The translations under genes were made by a program, and so were the position numbers. The notes beneath the pieces are model-generated. The model saw only the letters and a list, made by a program, of their open reading frames with translations, did not search any database and had not been told where the DNA came from. DNA of 64,000 nt from Candidatus Micrarchaeota archaeon (GTDB lineage: Archaea; Micrarchaeota; Micrarchaeia; Anstonellales; Bilamarchaeaceae), in NCBI GenBank assembly GCA_040753215.1, contig JBFMEZ010000013.1:1-64000 (forward strand). The letters are read 5' to 3'. Position 1 is the stretch's first letter; every line of letters begins with the position of its first letter. Below, piece by piece: positions 1-10,506 of this stretch.

Positions 1-62
1 ATTGCCCAAAAGAGTATCTTGGGAGAGAAGTTTACCTTATCATAAAGAGAAAAAGGAATTAG
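1..62 (+). CDS. 3' end of a probable DUF2080-family small protein (partial)
   Basis: Frame 3 reads CPKEYLGREVYLIIKRKRN*, resembling the DUF2080 C-terminal motif; cut by the window edge. Confidence 0.55.
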   Translation, partial: CPKEYLGREVYLIIKRKRN

Positions 63-75
63 CTGCCTTCAGTTC

Positions 76-102
76 AAAACTGGAAACCCGAAACTGGAAA
101 CC
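76..102 (+). repeat. Heptamer tandem repeat tract (GGAAACY-like)
   Basis: aaaactg gaaaccc gaaactg gaaacc. Confidence 0.8.
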
Positions 103-205
103 ACCAAAGAATTATCGGACAGTCTGTTTAGGCCGTGGAGGTTCACAGCAGCCCGGAAGCATATTTATAAATGTTAGGTGCCCCTAAATACTAAGAGCTG
201 GTTGA

Positions 206-682
206 ATGGCAATCCAAAACATTCAGTCTCTCCTTTCCCGGAAGGATTATTTTCTTCTTTTCGCAGCCACAAGCATACTCTCCTTCATCGCCCTCTATTT
301 CCTTACCCTCGCCACAACCACGGGCTACAGCCTCGGCATCTTCATAATGATGAACGGGCTTGGGTATGCATACCTTACCATCATAATGTTTGCTGCGATT
401 TCCCTGCTGCTGGGCCTCTACGCATCCCTGCTTGCGCACAGGCTCAAAAATTCCTGCAGCACGGACCTCGGGCAGAATGCACCGGGCTTTGCGGGCCTCG
501 CCTCCGGGATACTGGGCGCGGGCTGCCCGATGTGCGGCTCGCTCATCTTCGGGCTTTTCGGAATGCCGCTTGCGCTCTTTTTCCTCCCATACCAGGGGCT
601 CGAGCTGCGTGCGCTGAGCATAATTTTCTTATCAGCATCCGTTTTCCTGCTCTCCAGGGATATGAACGCCTGCGTGAAGTAA
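206..682 (+). CDS. Membrane protein with GCPxC motif (copper cluster)
   Basis: Hydrophobic helices and GAGCPMCG. Confidence 0.7.
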   Translation: MAIQNIQSLLSRKDYFLLFAATSILSFIALYFLTLATTTGYSLGIFIMMNGLGYAYLTIIMFAAISLLLGLYASLLAHRLKNSCSTDLGQNAPGFAGLASGILGAGCPMCGSLIFGLFGMPLALFFLPYQGLELRALSIIFLSASVFLLSRDMNACVK

Positions 683-692
683 GCCCGGCTTA

Positions 693-1424
693 TCATACGG
701 CGCGGAAACTATTGAGTAATTTTTCCAGCACGATGTACCCAAGATACGTGAAGACACCGGTTGCCCCGTACCCCACAATCGGCACCAGCAGGCCGTAATC
801 CAGCCCGGGTACCGGCAGCGCCGTCCATATCGTATTCTCCTGGTAATGCCATGTCCTCCACACAAGGGAATTGAACGTTTCTACTATGAACCCGACCAAA
901 ATCCACGAGATTATCCATGCAGGGAAGAACCTTATTTTTGTGTGCTCGGTCAATATGTAGGAAAAGAGCAGTGCAACCGTAATTATGAGGAACCATCCGC
1001 CCACCAGCGGAAGCCCGACCGCCGTGCCGAACATCCCGAAAAGGGTCCATGGCGGATGGTAAACCCACCAGCGCTCAACAAGGAACTCGTTAGCCGCTTC
1101 CGAGAGAACGCCCGCCACAATCGTTCCGGCAAGGAAAACAGGCCAGTTCTGCTCCACGCACCTCCAGCATTTTGCGCTCCTCGCCTCGTGCCTGAGCCCC
1201 TGGTACAGCAGTATCACGGAGATGGCCAGGTGGCCCATGAACATCGAAGTGCCTGCCACGCTGCTCAGGTAGAACTCCAGCCCGAGATAAAAAGCAGGAA
1301 GGTGCGTAAGGATGAATGCGGTTATCCACATGGCCCCGAGAAGATATTTCCCCGTGTATAAATACCCCAGCCCCCACACGAAGAAGTTCAGCAGCCCCGC
1401 GATGAAGTCCCTGTTTTCCTCCAT
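693..1424 (-). CDS. Multi-pass membrane protein of unknown function
   Basis: 243 aa, many TM segments, N-terminal 'AGLLNFFVWGLGYLYTG' TM2-like motif. Confidence 0.7.
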   Translation of the reverse strand: MEENRDFIAGLLNFFVWGLGYLYTGKYLLGAMWITAFILTHLPAFYLGLEFYLSSVAGTSMFMGHLAISVILLYQGLRHEARSAKCWRCVEQNWPVFLAGTIVAGVLSEAANEFLVERWWVYHPPWTLFGMFGTAVGLPLVGGWFLIITVALLFSYILTEHTKIRFFPAWIISWILVGFIVETFNSLVWRTWHYQENTIWTALPVPGLDYGLLVPIVGYGATGVFTYLGYIVLEKLLNSFRAV

Positions 1425-1450
1425 GCTGCTGCTACCGCAGCAATGATTTT

Positions 1451-2512
1451 ATGCTTATCCGGGCTAATCCGCGCATGCATGCCGATGTTGCCATAGCCGG
1501 CGCCAGCTTTGCCGGCCTTGGTGCCGCATACTACCTGAAGGGCACCGGCATAAAGGTGCTGCTGATAGGCAGGAAGGGGATAGGCGAGAACCGTGCATCC
1601 ACCTGCGCAATGCCCCTTTACATCGCAGAGGAGCTTGCTCCCGGCTCCATCCTCGCAGTACAGGGCCGCTTTAACATAGAAACAAGAAGAATCAATAAGG
1701 AACTAGGGATTCCCGGAAACTACTGCACGGTGGACTACAAAAAGTTCTGCGCATCCCTTTTCAAGAATTCCGGGGCAGATTTTCTGAAGGCGGAGGTCCG
1801 CGGGACCGCAAATAATGCAGTCGAGACTTCCGCAGGAAGAGTTGATGCCGGCTTCATCCTGGACTGCACCGGATGGAGGCGCACCCTCTCTGCAGGCGGG
1901 CCGGCAAGGCCGCAGGAACTGTTCATCGGCATGGAGGTAACAACCAGGATAAGGAAGGAGCACGAGGGCCGCCTCAGTTTCTTCGTTGACAGGGGCCTCA
2001 TCCCCGGCTACGGATGGATATTCCCGGTGGGAGGCGGGCTCGGCCGGGTCGGGCTGGGAGGGCGCTGCACCTCTGTCCCGCTGAGGAAGGCGTTCATGGA
2101 ATTCCTTTCGCGCATCGATATTCCTTTCGAGAACAGGGAGCTTGTTGCAGGCGCCATTCCCGCAACAGGCCTCGGCAGGGCGTACTATAAGGGCGTGTTT
2201 TTCGTGGGCGACTCTGCGGGGCAGGTTCTTCCGCTCGGCGGAGAGGGTATACGGACAAGCCTCTACTTCGCGAGGGAGTGCGCCGCCGCGCTGGCAGGCG
2301 TGCATGAAGGGAAGCTAACCCGCGATGAATGCATAAGATTATACGAAAGGAAGGTTAATGCCGAAAGGTTCGCCTTCAGCACCCTCCGCATGATACAGGA
2401 ATCGGCATTCTCGCTGCCCCAGCTGTTTTTCGACTCATGCGTATTCGCGGCAACCTCCGGGCTTCTTGCGAAGCGGCTCACAAACGCCTACCTTTCCATA
2501 GCAAGGCTCTAG
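1451..2512 (+). CDS. FAD-dependent oxidoreductase, geranylgeranyl reductase-like
   Basis: IAGASFAG FAD-binding motif, GYGWIFP, VGDSAG..GEGI; start may be 1475. Confidence 0.8.
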   Translation: MLIRANPRMHADVAIAGASFAGLGAAYYLKGTGIKVLLIGRKGIGENRASTCAMPLYIAEELAPGSILAVQGRFNIETRRINKELGIPGNYCTVDYKKFCASLFKNSGADFLKAEVRGTANNAVETSAGRVDAGFILDCTGWRRTLSAGGPARPQELFIGMEVTTRIRKEHEGRLSFFVDRGLIPGYGWIFPVGGGLGRVGLGGRCTSVPLRKAFMEFLSRIDIPFENRELVAGAIPATGLGRAYYKGVFFVGDSAGQVLPLGGEGIRTSLYFARECAAALAGVHEGKLTRDECIRLYERKVNAERFAFSTLRMIQESAFSLPQLFFDSCVFAATSGLLAKRLTNAYLSIARL

Positions 2513-2656
2513 CTCCTCTTTTTATAAAAATATTCGAAAAGCATATGATGCCATCACTGCATGGTTCGGGAGAACAGCTTTTGCAATAAGTTTTACAAAT
2601 TCTGAAAATGGCTGGGATGGATAACCTAGCGGCATGCCCGCAAAGCCCGCAGGCTG

Positions 2657-3169
2657 CTATTTTGCCAATTCCACGGAAACTTTTATCGGATTCTTCAGGC
2701 AGTATACGGCCGGGCATCTCTCTTCAGCGAGCCTTGCAAGCTCTTCCATGTTCCCGCTTCCGGATGCGGTTACTTTCAGCCTCACACTCTCCACTATCGG
2801 CTCGCTGCCCAGCCCCAGCGCCTTCCTGAGATTCACCTTGTTCTCTGCTGCCACCCTGAGCCTGCTGAGCTTCATACCCTTCTCAGCCGCTACAGAAGCC
2901 AGGGTTTGCGCATAGCACGAAGCTATCCCAAAAAGGCAGTACTGCATCGGGTCCGGCCTGAGGAAAGAGCCACCAAGAAAGTCCGGCCCATCAGCTTCCA
3001 GCGTGGTGGAACCGCTGCCGTGCCTTATGGCCGCCCGGAACTGAGGCTTTCCTTCCTCAAAAAACCATTCCCCCTCCACTTCCTTTGTTTTCACCGCTTT
3101 TTGCGGATCTGTTTTTACTTCCTCCACAAATGCGCCTGCCTTCTCCGTATCCAAATTGTTTATTCTCAT
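2657..3169 (-). CDS. OsmC-family protein
   Basis: ADGPDFLGG..PDPMQYCLFGIASC ... AEERCP; start at MRINN. Confidence 0.8.
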   Translation of the reverse strand: MRINNLDTEKAGAFVEEVKTDPQKAVKTKEVEGEWFFEEGKPQFRAAIRHGSGSTTLEADGPDFLGGSFLRPDPMQYCLFGIASCYAQTLASVAAEKGMKLSRLRVAAENKVNLRKALGLGSEPIVESVRLKVTASGSGNMEELARLAEERCPAVYCLKNPIKVSVELAK

Positions 3170-3666
3170 GCCCCGCCACCCCCCTTTCCTATCTCCTTCC
3201 ATGTTTTCCAGATGAGAAGGAGCACCAGCACAATCAGGCCAAGGAGTAGAATGAGCACAAGCGCATCCCATATTCCGTAGCCGTACCCCATCCCGTATCC
3301 ATAGGGCATCATCCCATATGCACCACCGGTTCCCATCATGCCACCACCCATCATCCCCATTCCCATCATGTAGCCGGCTCCGCTGTCCCCGCAGTACATG
3401 TTTTTTGCAAGGTTTATGTGGAACAGTTCCTCTTCTTCGCTCCCTTCCTCCAGCCCCATCATCCTGTGCATAAGCGTGTGCGCGGTCCCGGGATGCATCT
3501 GCTCCATCATGTATTCCCCGACCAGCTCAAGCTGCTCATCCGTCATTGCGCTGCAGCTTATGCTTGAATTAATCAGCTGTTCAGCTTCCAGAAGCTCGCT
3601 CTGCGAAACCGCCGAAACCACGTACGCCAGCCCCAGCACAAACAGGCCCATCATCCAGAATCTCAT
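3166..3666 (-). CDS. Exported/membrane Met-Gly-His-rich protein (putative Cu-binding)
   Basis: Signal peptide, MHPG..HTLMHRMMG, GMMG repeats, C-terminal TM helix. Confidence 0.7.
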   Translation of the reverse strand: MRFWMMGLFVLGLAYVVSAVSQSELLEAEQLINSSISCSAMTDEQLELVGEYMMEQMHPGTAHTLMHRMMGLEEGSEEEELFHINLAKNMYCGDSGAGYMMGMGMMGGGMMGTGGAYGMMPYGYGMGYGYGIWDALVLILLLGLIVLVLLLIWKTWKEIGKGGGGA

Positions 3667-3670
3667 ACTT

Positions 3671-6274
3671 TCATCCCCCTTTCGGTTTATACCCCCTCAT
3701 CAGCAGCGAATTCGAGACCACGCTCACCGAGCTGAAGGCCATCGCCGCGCCCGCAATCACCGGGTTGAGCAGGAACCCCATGAACGGATAGAGCACTCCC
3801 ATCGCGACCGGAATCCCTATTATGTTGTAGATGAACGCCCAGAAGAGGTTCTGCTTTATCTTCTTCATCGTGTATGCGCTTATGTCGAATGCCTTCACCA
3901 CATCCCTAAGGTCATCCTTTATCAGCACGATATCCCCGCTCTCTATCGCCACGTCCGTCCCGCTCCCTATCGCAATCCCTATGTCCGAAGCTGCGAGCGC
4001 GGGCGCGTCGTTTATCCCGTCCCCCACGAAGGAGACCTTCAGCCCCTCGTTCTGCAGCTTCTTCACTTCTTTCTCCTTCTCCTCCGGCAGGACTTCCGCG
4101 AGCACCCGGTCTATGCCCACCTGCCCGGCAATTGCCTTCGCGGTCCTCTCATTGTCCCCCGTAATCATCGCGACCTTCAGCCCCTGCCTGTGCAGCAGCT
4201 TCACCGCTTCCCTTGAATGCTCCTTCAGCGTGTCCGCGACCGCTATTATGCCCGCCGCCTTTCCACCCACCGCAACAAGCATCGCGGTCTTCCCCTTATT
4301 CTCCAGCCCCATCAGCTTCCCTTCCAGACCTTCATAAGCAATCTTTCTCTTCTGCATCAGCTTCCTGTTCCCTATGAGCACCTTCCTGCCTTTGTATGAA
4401 ATCTCCACCCCGTGCCCGGGGATGGAATTGAATTTCTCCGGCTCGGGGACCGCAATCTTCCTCTCCTTTGCCCTGTTCACGATTGCCTCGCCCAGAGGGT
4501 GCTCGGAATTCTTCTCCGCAATGGCCGCCAGCTTCAGAAGCTCCTCCTCCTTCATCCCAACCGGCACTATATCCGTTACCTCCGGCTTTCCCTTCGTGAG
4601 CGTCCCGGTCTTGTCGAATATGACCATCCTCATCTTGTGCGCAGTCTCAAGCGCCTTCGCGCTCTTGAACAGTACCCCCTGCTCCGCGCCCTTCCCGGTC
4701 CCCATCATCACCGCAGTGGGCGTAGCAAGCCCGAGCGCGCACGGGCATGCGATTATGAGCGTGGTGATGAATATCGTGAGCGCGAATATGAACGGCTGCC
4801 CCGCAACAAAATACCAGTATCCCGCAGCCAGCAGCCCGAGCCCCAGCACCGCTGGCACGAAGTATGCGGATACAAGGTCCGCAAGCCGCTGGATTGGCGC
4901 CTTGGAACCCTGCGCCTCCTCCACTAATTTTATTATCTGCGCCAGCATCGTGTCCTTCCCGACCTTCTCCGCCCTCATCCTGAAGCTCCCGGTCTTGTTT
5001 ATGGTCGCCCCTATCACTTCGTCCCCCTTCCTCTTGCCCACAGGTATGGGCTCACCAGTAATCATCGCCTCGTCCACGTAGGACTCTCCCTCCACTACTA
5101 CCCCGTCCACGGGTATTTTCTCCCCCGGCCGTATTACAACTATATCCCCAATCGCCACGTCTTCGATGGGAATCTCCGCCTCCTCCCCCTTCCTTATCAC
5201 CCTTGCGGTTTTCGCCTGCAATCCGATTAGCCGCTTTATTGCCTCCGAAGTCCTCCCTTTCGCAACCGCCTCCAGCAATCTACCGAGCAGGAGGAATGCA
5301 ATCAGCACAGCCGCTATCTCATAGTAGAGGTACCCCTCCAGCCCGAAGAAAGTAACACCAATACTATACACATAGGCAGCCCCCACCCCTATTCCCACAA
5401 GAGAATCCATCGTTGGCATGAGATTTATGAGCGCCCTTGCGCCTCTAGTGAAGAACTGCGAGCCCGCGATTATCGCGGGGGTCGCAAAAACGAACTGCAG
5501 CAGTGCGGTATTCTGTTCTATTAGTTCCGGATACCTCAGCCCGAGCATCTCCTGCAATGCGAGCAAGACAGTAGGAATGGCGAATATCGCTGCAACCGCC
5601 AGCCGCGTCTTGTAATCCTTTATCTCCCTCTCCCTCGCCGCCTTCTCCCTGTCCACCTCCTCCCCTTCCACCCATTTTTCCGCATCGTACCCCGCATTCA
5701 CTATCGCCTTCCTTATCTTATCGAAATCCAGCTTCTTCGGGTCGTAGAACACATCCGCCTTCTCAAGCGTGAAGTTCAGCTCCACCTTCGCAACCCCGGC
5801 CAGCCGCTTCAGCGCGCCCTCCACTATATTAGAGCAGTGGAGCGAGCTCATCCCAAGCACGTGCAGGGACATCTTTTCCGTCCCGTCCACCTTCACCCCA
5901 GCTGGCTTCTCCGCCGCCTTGAGCACCTCATACCCGGTCTTCCTTATCCTGTCCTCTATCTCCCTTACGCTCACAGTCTCCGGGTCGTACGCCACGAGCA
6001 CCTTCTGCGCAGCAAAATTCACACTCGCATCCTTCACGCCCCTAAGGCCTTTCAGCCCCTGCTCTATGTGCATCGCGCAGGAGGCGCAGTCCATCCCGCC
6101 CACAGCAATGGTTACCCTCTCCTCACCTGCAGGCGCCGCCTTCTCTTCTTTCTTCCCATGGAGGTATTTCTCCATGCACTCCTTCGAGCAGAAGTAGTAA
6201 GCCCTGCCCGCCTTCTTCACCTTGAATTTCGTCGTTTCCGGGACTTCCATCCCGCATATCGGGTCCTTCGGCAT
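3671..6274 (-). CDS. copA: Copper-translocating P1B-type ATPase with YHS and HMA domains
   Basis: DPICGM..YFCS (YHS), [28 protein letters not shown] and MAFSS. Confidence 0.95.
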   Translation of the reverse strand: MPKDPICGMEVPETTKFKVKKAGRAYYFCSKECMEKYLHGKKEEKAAPAGEERVTIAVGGMDCASCAMHIEQGLKGLRGVKDASVNFAAQKVLVAYDPETVSVREIEDRIRKTGYEVLKAAEKPAGVKVDGTEKMSLHVLGMSSLHCSNIVEGALKRLAGVAKVELNFTLEKADVFYDPKKLDFDKIRKAIVNAGYDAEKWVEGEEVDREKAAREREIKDYKTRLAVAAIFAIPTVLLALQEMLGLRYPELIEQNTALLQFVFATPAIIAGSQFFTRGARALINLMPTMDSLVGIGVGAAYVYSIGVTFFGLEGYLYYEIAAVLIAFLLLGRLLEAVAKGRTSEAIKRLIGLQAKTARVIRKGEEAEIPIEDVAIGDIVVIRPGEKIPVDGVVVEGESYVDEAMITGEPIPVGKRKGDEVIGATINKTGSFRMRAEKVGKDTMLAQIIKLVEEAQGSKAPIQRLADLVSAYFVPAVLGLGLLAAGYWYFVAGQPFIFALTIFITTLIIACPCALGLATPTAVMMGTGKGAEQGVLFKSAKALETAHKMRMVIFDKTGTLTKGKPEVTDIVPVGMKEEELLKLAAIAEKNSEHPLGEAIVNRAKERKIAVPEPEKFNSIPGHGVEISYKGRKVLIGNRKLMQKRKIAYEGLEGKLMGLENKGKTAMLVAVGGKAAGIIAVADTLKEHSREAVKLLHRQGLKVAMITGDNERTAKAIAGQVGIDRVLAEVLPEEKEKEVKKLQNEGLKVSFVGDGINDAPALAASDIGIAIGSGTDVAIESGDIVLIKDDLRDVVKAFDISAYTMKKIKQNLFWAFIYNIIGIPVAMGVLYPFMGFLLNPVIAGAAMAFSSVSVVSNSLLMRGYKPKGG

Positions 6275-6345
6275 AGAATATTCACCTTTCAATTACCTGC
6301 TTATTTCCTCCTGCTTCTTTTTAAGCTTTACATTATCTGAAATGC

Positions 6346-6945
6346 TTAGCCGCCGCACGTTCCCCTGCTTCCCCCTCCCCCGCATCCGCAACCCGTGCGC
6401 ACAGGAGCCGCCACCTCCGCAGGCACGTTCCCCTCCCCGTCCTCCACCAGCAGCAGCCCGTCCCCCATGCCCATCCCGCAGGTAATCCTGTACCGCCCCG
6501 GCCTCTCTGCAACGAACTCCAGCACGTTATCCCCGGGCACAATCCTCTTGCTCACGCCCATCCCGTTAATCACTATGGTGGACATGCAGCCCACGAACGT
6601 CTCCGTGTCCGCCACAATCCTCACCGTATCGCCTGCCCGCACCCTTATCTCCCGCGGCTCATAAACTCCCTGCTCCCAGTTGAAGGACATGTTCAGCGTC
6701 TCGGTTTCCGGTTGCCAGTTCTCAGTTTCCTGATTAGAAGAACCCGCTGGTTCAGCAACCGCTCCGCCCGCATTCGCCGCACAAGTCTGCACGTTTATCC
6801 CGCATGCAGCCGCAAGGCCTCCGCTATCATTCGCCTGCGCCCCTTCACTCCCGGCGTTGGCATACTGCACTCCGCTCCCATACAAGAGTGCAACAAGCAC
6901 CAGCCCGACAACAAACCCAACCCCGACCATCGCCTTATTGTCCAT
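6346..6945 (-). CDS. Exported cupredoxin-domain protein
   Basis: N-terminal TM helix, YEPREIRVRAG, GC..., TCGMGM, C-terminal GCGCGG. Confidence 0.8.
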   Translation of the reverse strand: MDNKAMVGVGFVVGLVLVALLYGSGVQYANAGSEGAQANDSGGLAAACGINVQTCAANAGGAVAEPAGSSNQETENWQPETETLNMSFNWEQGVYEPREIRVRAGDTVRIVADTETFVGCMSTIVINGMGVSKRIVPGDNVLEFVAERPGRYRITCGMGMGDGLLLVEDGEGNVPAEVAAPVRTGCGCGGGGSRGTCGG

Positions 6946-6957
6946 AAAAAACCCTCC

Positions 6958-8205
6958 TCATTCGACCACCACAAACTTCCCGGGTATCATGCCCATCCAG
7001 CAGCTCCATCCGAACTCCCCGGTCTCGTTCGGAGTGAATTCCACCACCTGCGTCCCCTCATGCACCTCAATCTCCAGCCCGTATTCCGGAACTATTATCC
7101 TCTCATTGCATCCCGTAATGCTAACCCCCTCAATAACCCACTTCACCGGCACCCCCTTCTTCAGCACAAACACATTCGGCTCAAACCCATAGTATGTTAC
7201 ATTCATGCGTATCTCCTGGTAGGAAGGCCCGGTTTCAGTTCCCGGTTGCCAGTTCCCAGTTCCCAAAAATATCCCCTTCCCGCACAGCACCAGCCCTTGG
7301 TTCGCCATAAGCAGCCCAAGGAATATCACAAGCATGGCCGAAACCGTGACAAACCTCCCCTGCATCGCGCTCCCCGCCTTTCCCGCAACCACCCCGAACC
7401 CAAGCATCGGCGGCAGCGTCCCCAGCCCGAAGAAGAAAAGCGCCGCAGCCCCGCTTAGCACGCTCCCAGTCCCTGCGGCGAATATGTACATCGCCTGCAG
7501 CGGCCCGCACGCAATCATCAGCCCATTCAGCAATCCCGTTACTAAAGGTCCGCGCCCGCCCATCTTCTGCATAATCCCATTCACAAATCCGGGCATCCCG
7601 AACCTCAACCCGCCCAGCCCGTTTATCCCCAGCATCCCCAGCCCATACACCACAAGGAACACCCCCGCAACAAGCGCGGCCGCCCCCCTCATCTCGGGCG
7701 TGAATGCAATCACCGAGCCCACAAGCCCGAACGCCGCCCCTATAAATGTATAAGACACCAGCTTCCCAGCCCCATAGAGAAGATGCGGTGCAACCCTTCC
7801 CCCGCTTTTAGCGGAATAGCCCAGCACAAAGCCCCCGCACATCGCTATGCAGTGGAAGCCCGTAACAATCCCCAGGAGAAATAGCGCCACATATCCTGCC
7901 TCGCTTCCCACCTGCGGAACGGGAATCCCGCTCTCAATCCCGGAAAAATAATACGCGGCTGCAAGGAGCGCCAGCGCCCCAAGCACCACCAGAACGGGGC
8001 TCGCCCCACCCACCACGTATCCCTCCTTCTCAATCGCCTCCTTCACTTTTCCCAAATCCCCTCCGTCCAGCTGCACCTCCACCTCTCCCCTTTCCAGGGA
8101 TGCCTTTACGCCAAGCACCCCCTGCACCCCGCGCACCGCGTCCTCTATCCTCTTCTCGCATGATTTGCATTTCATCCCGCGCACATGCAATTTCCCGGTT
8201 TTCAT
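6958..8205 (-). CDS. HMA + DsbD_2/TauE-like + cupredoxin fusion protein
   Basis: GMKCKSC, GFHCIAMCG, ACGPLQ, FGLGTLP, SCWMGM; start at MKTGK. Confidence 0.85.
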   Translation of the reverse strand: MKTGKLHVRGMKCKSCEKRIEDAVRGVQGVLGVKASLERGEVEVQLDGGDLGKVKEAIEKEGYVVGGASPVLVVLGALALLAAAYYFSGIESGIPVPQVGSEAGYVALFLLGIVTGFHCIAMCGGFVLGYSAKSGGRVAPHLLYGAGKLVSYTFIGAAFGLVGSVIAFTPEMRGAAALVAGVFLVVYGLGMLGINGLGGLRFGMPGFVNGIMQKMGGRGPLVTGLLNGLMIACGPLQAMYIFAAGTGSVLSGAAALFFFGLGTLPPMLGFGVVAGKAGSAMQGRFVTVSAMLVIFLGLLMANQGLVLCGKGIFLGTGNWQPGTETGPSYQEIRMNVTYYGFEPNVFVLKKGVPVKWVIEGVSITGCNERIIVPEYGLEIEVHEGTQVVEFTPNETGEFGWSCWMGMIPGKFVVVE

Positions 8206-8209
8206 AATA

Positions 8210-8226
8210 GTTTCATACGCTGAAAC
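8210..8226. promoter_or_regulatory. Candidate operator palindrome in the divergent promoter of the copper cluster
   Basis: GTTTCA-N5-TGAAAC between divergent genes. Confidence 0.4.
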
Positions 8227-8338
8227 CATACATTTCAGTTCCTGTAACCAATCCCAAGAAAAGTGAAACCAAACGCTACTTTCCGGCTCCGCAGTCACGC
8301 AGCAACCCTTTATAATATTTGCACACCAAAATACACCT

Positions 8339-8839
8339 ATGGCAATATCCAGAAATATAGCATATTTAGGCGGGCTTTCCGGGGTCCTTCTTCTTGCAGC
8401 CCTCATGATAACCGTGCCCGAGCTTGCGAAGCAGGGCGTTTCCGACGTCTGCACCATAGACGGCGAATGCCAGCACGAGCAGCACATGAACCTGCTCATC
8501 GCCCTCATCCCGGTGTTCATAGGAGGGGGCGCAATCCTCGGCGCAATCTCCTATTACACATTCTATGAGCGCACCGCGCCCGTAAAGAAGGAGGCGGACG
8601 CCTCCCTCACAGTTTCCTTAATGGAAAAGGACGAATCCAAAATACTCGCCAAGCTGGTCGCGGAAGGCGGAAGGATTACCCAGTCCGAGGTTTCAAGAAT
8701 AGAAGGGATAGGAAAAGTAAAGGCCCACCGCATCCTTTCCAGGCTGGAGAAAAGGGGAATTGTCTCCAGCGAGAAATACGGGAAGACCAACATGGTGAAG
8801 GTTTCGGACAAATACAGGAAGCTTTTCCTCAAGGATTAG
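8339..8839 (+). CDS. Membrane-anchored winged-HTH regulator
   Basis: Two TM helices with a Cys/His loop, then GRITQSE..KVKAHRILSRLEKRGIV..YGKTN. Confidence 0.8.
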   Translation: MAISRNIAYLGGLSGVLLLAALMITVPELAKQGVSDVCTIDGECQHEQHMNLLIALIPVFIGGGAILGAISYYTFYERTAPVKKEADASLTVSLMEKDESKILAKLVAEGGRITQSEVSRIEGIGKVKAHRILSRLEKRGIVSSEKYGKTNMVKVSDKYRKLFLKD

Positions 8840-9363
8840 ATTTTCCCTTTTTTCCAGATTTCTTCTCCCACTCCTGCCTTCGCGTTCTCATGCCGCGCAA
8901 GCACAAAAAGCAAATCACTCAACCTATTCAGGTACTTAACAAGCATCTTATCCGCTTTCGCAGCTACAAGCCGCCTCTCAGCTCTCCTGCAAACGGTCCT
9001 CGCGCAGTGCAGCACAGCCGCCTCCTGCGCCCCCCCCGGAATTATGAAGTGCCTGAGCGGCTTCAGTCTCTCTTCCACAGCATCTATATCCTTCTCCAGC
9101 TTTTTCACATCCGCCTCCCCGACGGGTATTTCCCCTGAAAAAATGGAAGCCCCGATGTCAAAAATCTCCTTCTGCACCCTCTTCAGCACCGCCTGCGTCC
9201 CCTTGCTCGGGGAAAAGGCAATCGCAAGCCCCAGGAAAGAGTTCAGTTCGTCCAGCGAGCCGTAAGCCTCGACCAGGGGGTCATCCTTCCTCACCCTCTT
9301 GCCTATATGAGTGGTCGTTTCCCCTGTATCTCCAGTGCGGGTGTAGATGCTCAAATAAATCAC
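8836..9363 (-). CDS. ATP:cob(I)alamin adenosyltransferase, PduO type
   Basis: IYTRTGDTG, YGSLDELNS, FIIPGG, RTVCRRAER, YLNRLSD. Confidence 0.9.
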   Translation of the reverse strand: MIYLSIYTRTGDTGETTTHIGKRVRKDDPLVEAYGSLDELNSFLGLAIAFSPSKGTQAVLKRVQKEIFDIGASIFSGEIPVGEADVKKLEKDIDAVEERLKPLRHFIIPGGAQEAAVLHCARTVCRRAERRLVAAKADKMLVKYLNRLSDLLFVLARHENAKAGVGEEIWKKGKI

Positions 9364-9578
9364 TTCTGCACTTTTATGCAGTTGACCGGGCAGGATGCAG
9401 CGGCTTCAGTGTTGCACTCCGCATTCGGAAGCTGGAGCTCAAAGTTCTCGCCGCCCGTGTTCTTCCCGCCCTTCAGGTGCGACTTCCCATCCCCCTTCAT
9501 CTCCCAGTACTTCGGGCAGACGGCTGCGCATGCGCCGCACCCTATGCATATGTCCCTCAGGTGTATTACTTTCGCCAT
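9360..9578 (-). CDS. Ferredoxin (single 4Fe-4S cluster)
   Basis: CIGCGACAAVCP ... CPVNCI. Confidence 0.9.
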   Translation of the reverse strand: MAKVIHLRDICIGCGACAAVCPKYWEMKGDGKSHLKGGKNTGGENFELQLPNAECNTEAAASCPVNCIKVQK

Positions 9579-9610
9579 ATGAATCCCTCTTTTCCCTTAT
9601 CCTCTAAGCA

Positions 9611-10492
9611 TTAAATTCCTTTCTTTAATTCTTCCGCAATGACCGCCCCTATCTTGTCCTGCGCCTCAAGGGTGCTCCCGCCGATATGGGGCGTAAATAT
9701 CACATTATCCAATTCCAATAATCTCCCCTTGTACGGCTCTTCCTTATACACATCCAAAGCCGCCCCGCCCAGCTTCCCCTTCTTGAGCGCATCATAGAGC
9801 GCCTCCTCATCCACCATGCTCCCCCGCGCCAGATTAACCAGGCAAGCCCCATCCCTCATCTTAGCGATGGTTTCCGCATTAATGATGTTCTCCGTTTCTT
9901 TCGTGGGCGCGGCATGTATGCTCACCACATCCGAAACGCGCAGCAGCTCGTCCAAATCCTCCACATACTTTACTCCCGGGCAGTCCACCCTGGGCGGAGG
10001 GTTGTATGCAACAACTTCCATGGAGAGCGCCATCGCCTTCTGCGCAACCGTGCACCCTATCCTTCCGCACCCTATTATGCCCAGCGTCTTCCCCCCCGCC
10101 TCGTGCCCAATGAGCCCCTTTTTCTCCCATTTCCCGGCCTTCATCCCGCAGTGCGCCCTCCCCAGATTCCTGAAAAGCGCAATTATGAGCCCTACCGCAA
10201 GCTCCGCAACGGCCCCGGTGGAAGCCTGGGGCGTGTTCTTCACTACAACCCCCCTCGCCCTGCATGCCTCCATATCTATGTTGTCCAATCCAACCCCGGC
10301 CCTGAAAACAACCTTCAGCTTCGGCGCCTTACCCAGCATCTCTTTCGTAACCTTGGTCGCGCTCCTTACAACCAGCACGTCCGCATCCTTCAGCTCAATT
10401 TCAAGGTTCGCCGGCTTGTACACAACATCCCCGGCCCCCTTTATGCTCCGGACCGCGCCGGCTTCCAGATCGTCCGCTATTACTATCTTCAT
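9611..10492 (-). CDS. serA: D-3-phosphoglycerate dehydrogenase-like (D-2-hydroxyacid dehydrogenase, no ACT domain)
   Basis: VRSATKV, RAGVGLDNID, GIIGCGRIG, NLARG, DVYKEEP, TPHIGGST; start at MKIVIAD. Confidence 0.8.
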   Translation of the reverse strand: MKIVIADDLEAGAVRSIKGAGDVVYKPANLEIELKDADVLVVRSATKVTKEMLGKAPKLKVVFRAGVGLDNIDMEACRARGVVVKNTPQASTGAVAELAVGLIIALFRNLGRAHCGMKAGKWEKKGLIGHEAGGKTLGIIGCGRIGCTVAQKAMALSMEVVAYNPPPRVDCPGVKYVEDLDELLRVSDVVSIHAAPTKETENIINAETIAKMRDGACLVNLARGSMVDEEALYDALKKGKLGGAALDVYKEEPYKGRLLELDNVIFTPHIGGSTLEAQDKIGAVIAEELKKGI

Positions 10493-10506
10493 TTCTGCAT
10501 CCCTCC

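Noticed and set aside
2478..2717. Cys-rich 79-aa ORF
   Set aside because: It overlaps both neighbours and has no recognisable family or RBS
8206..8520. N-terminal extensions in the ORF track (also 28292-28366, 49361-49438, 15831-15920, 63391-63471)
   Set aside because: They overlap a divergent gene, a repeat tract, tRNAs or an IS end; downstream ATGs match the family starts
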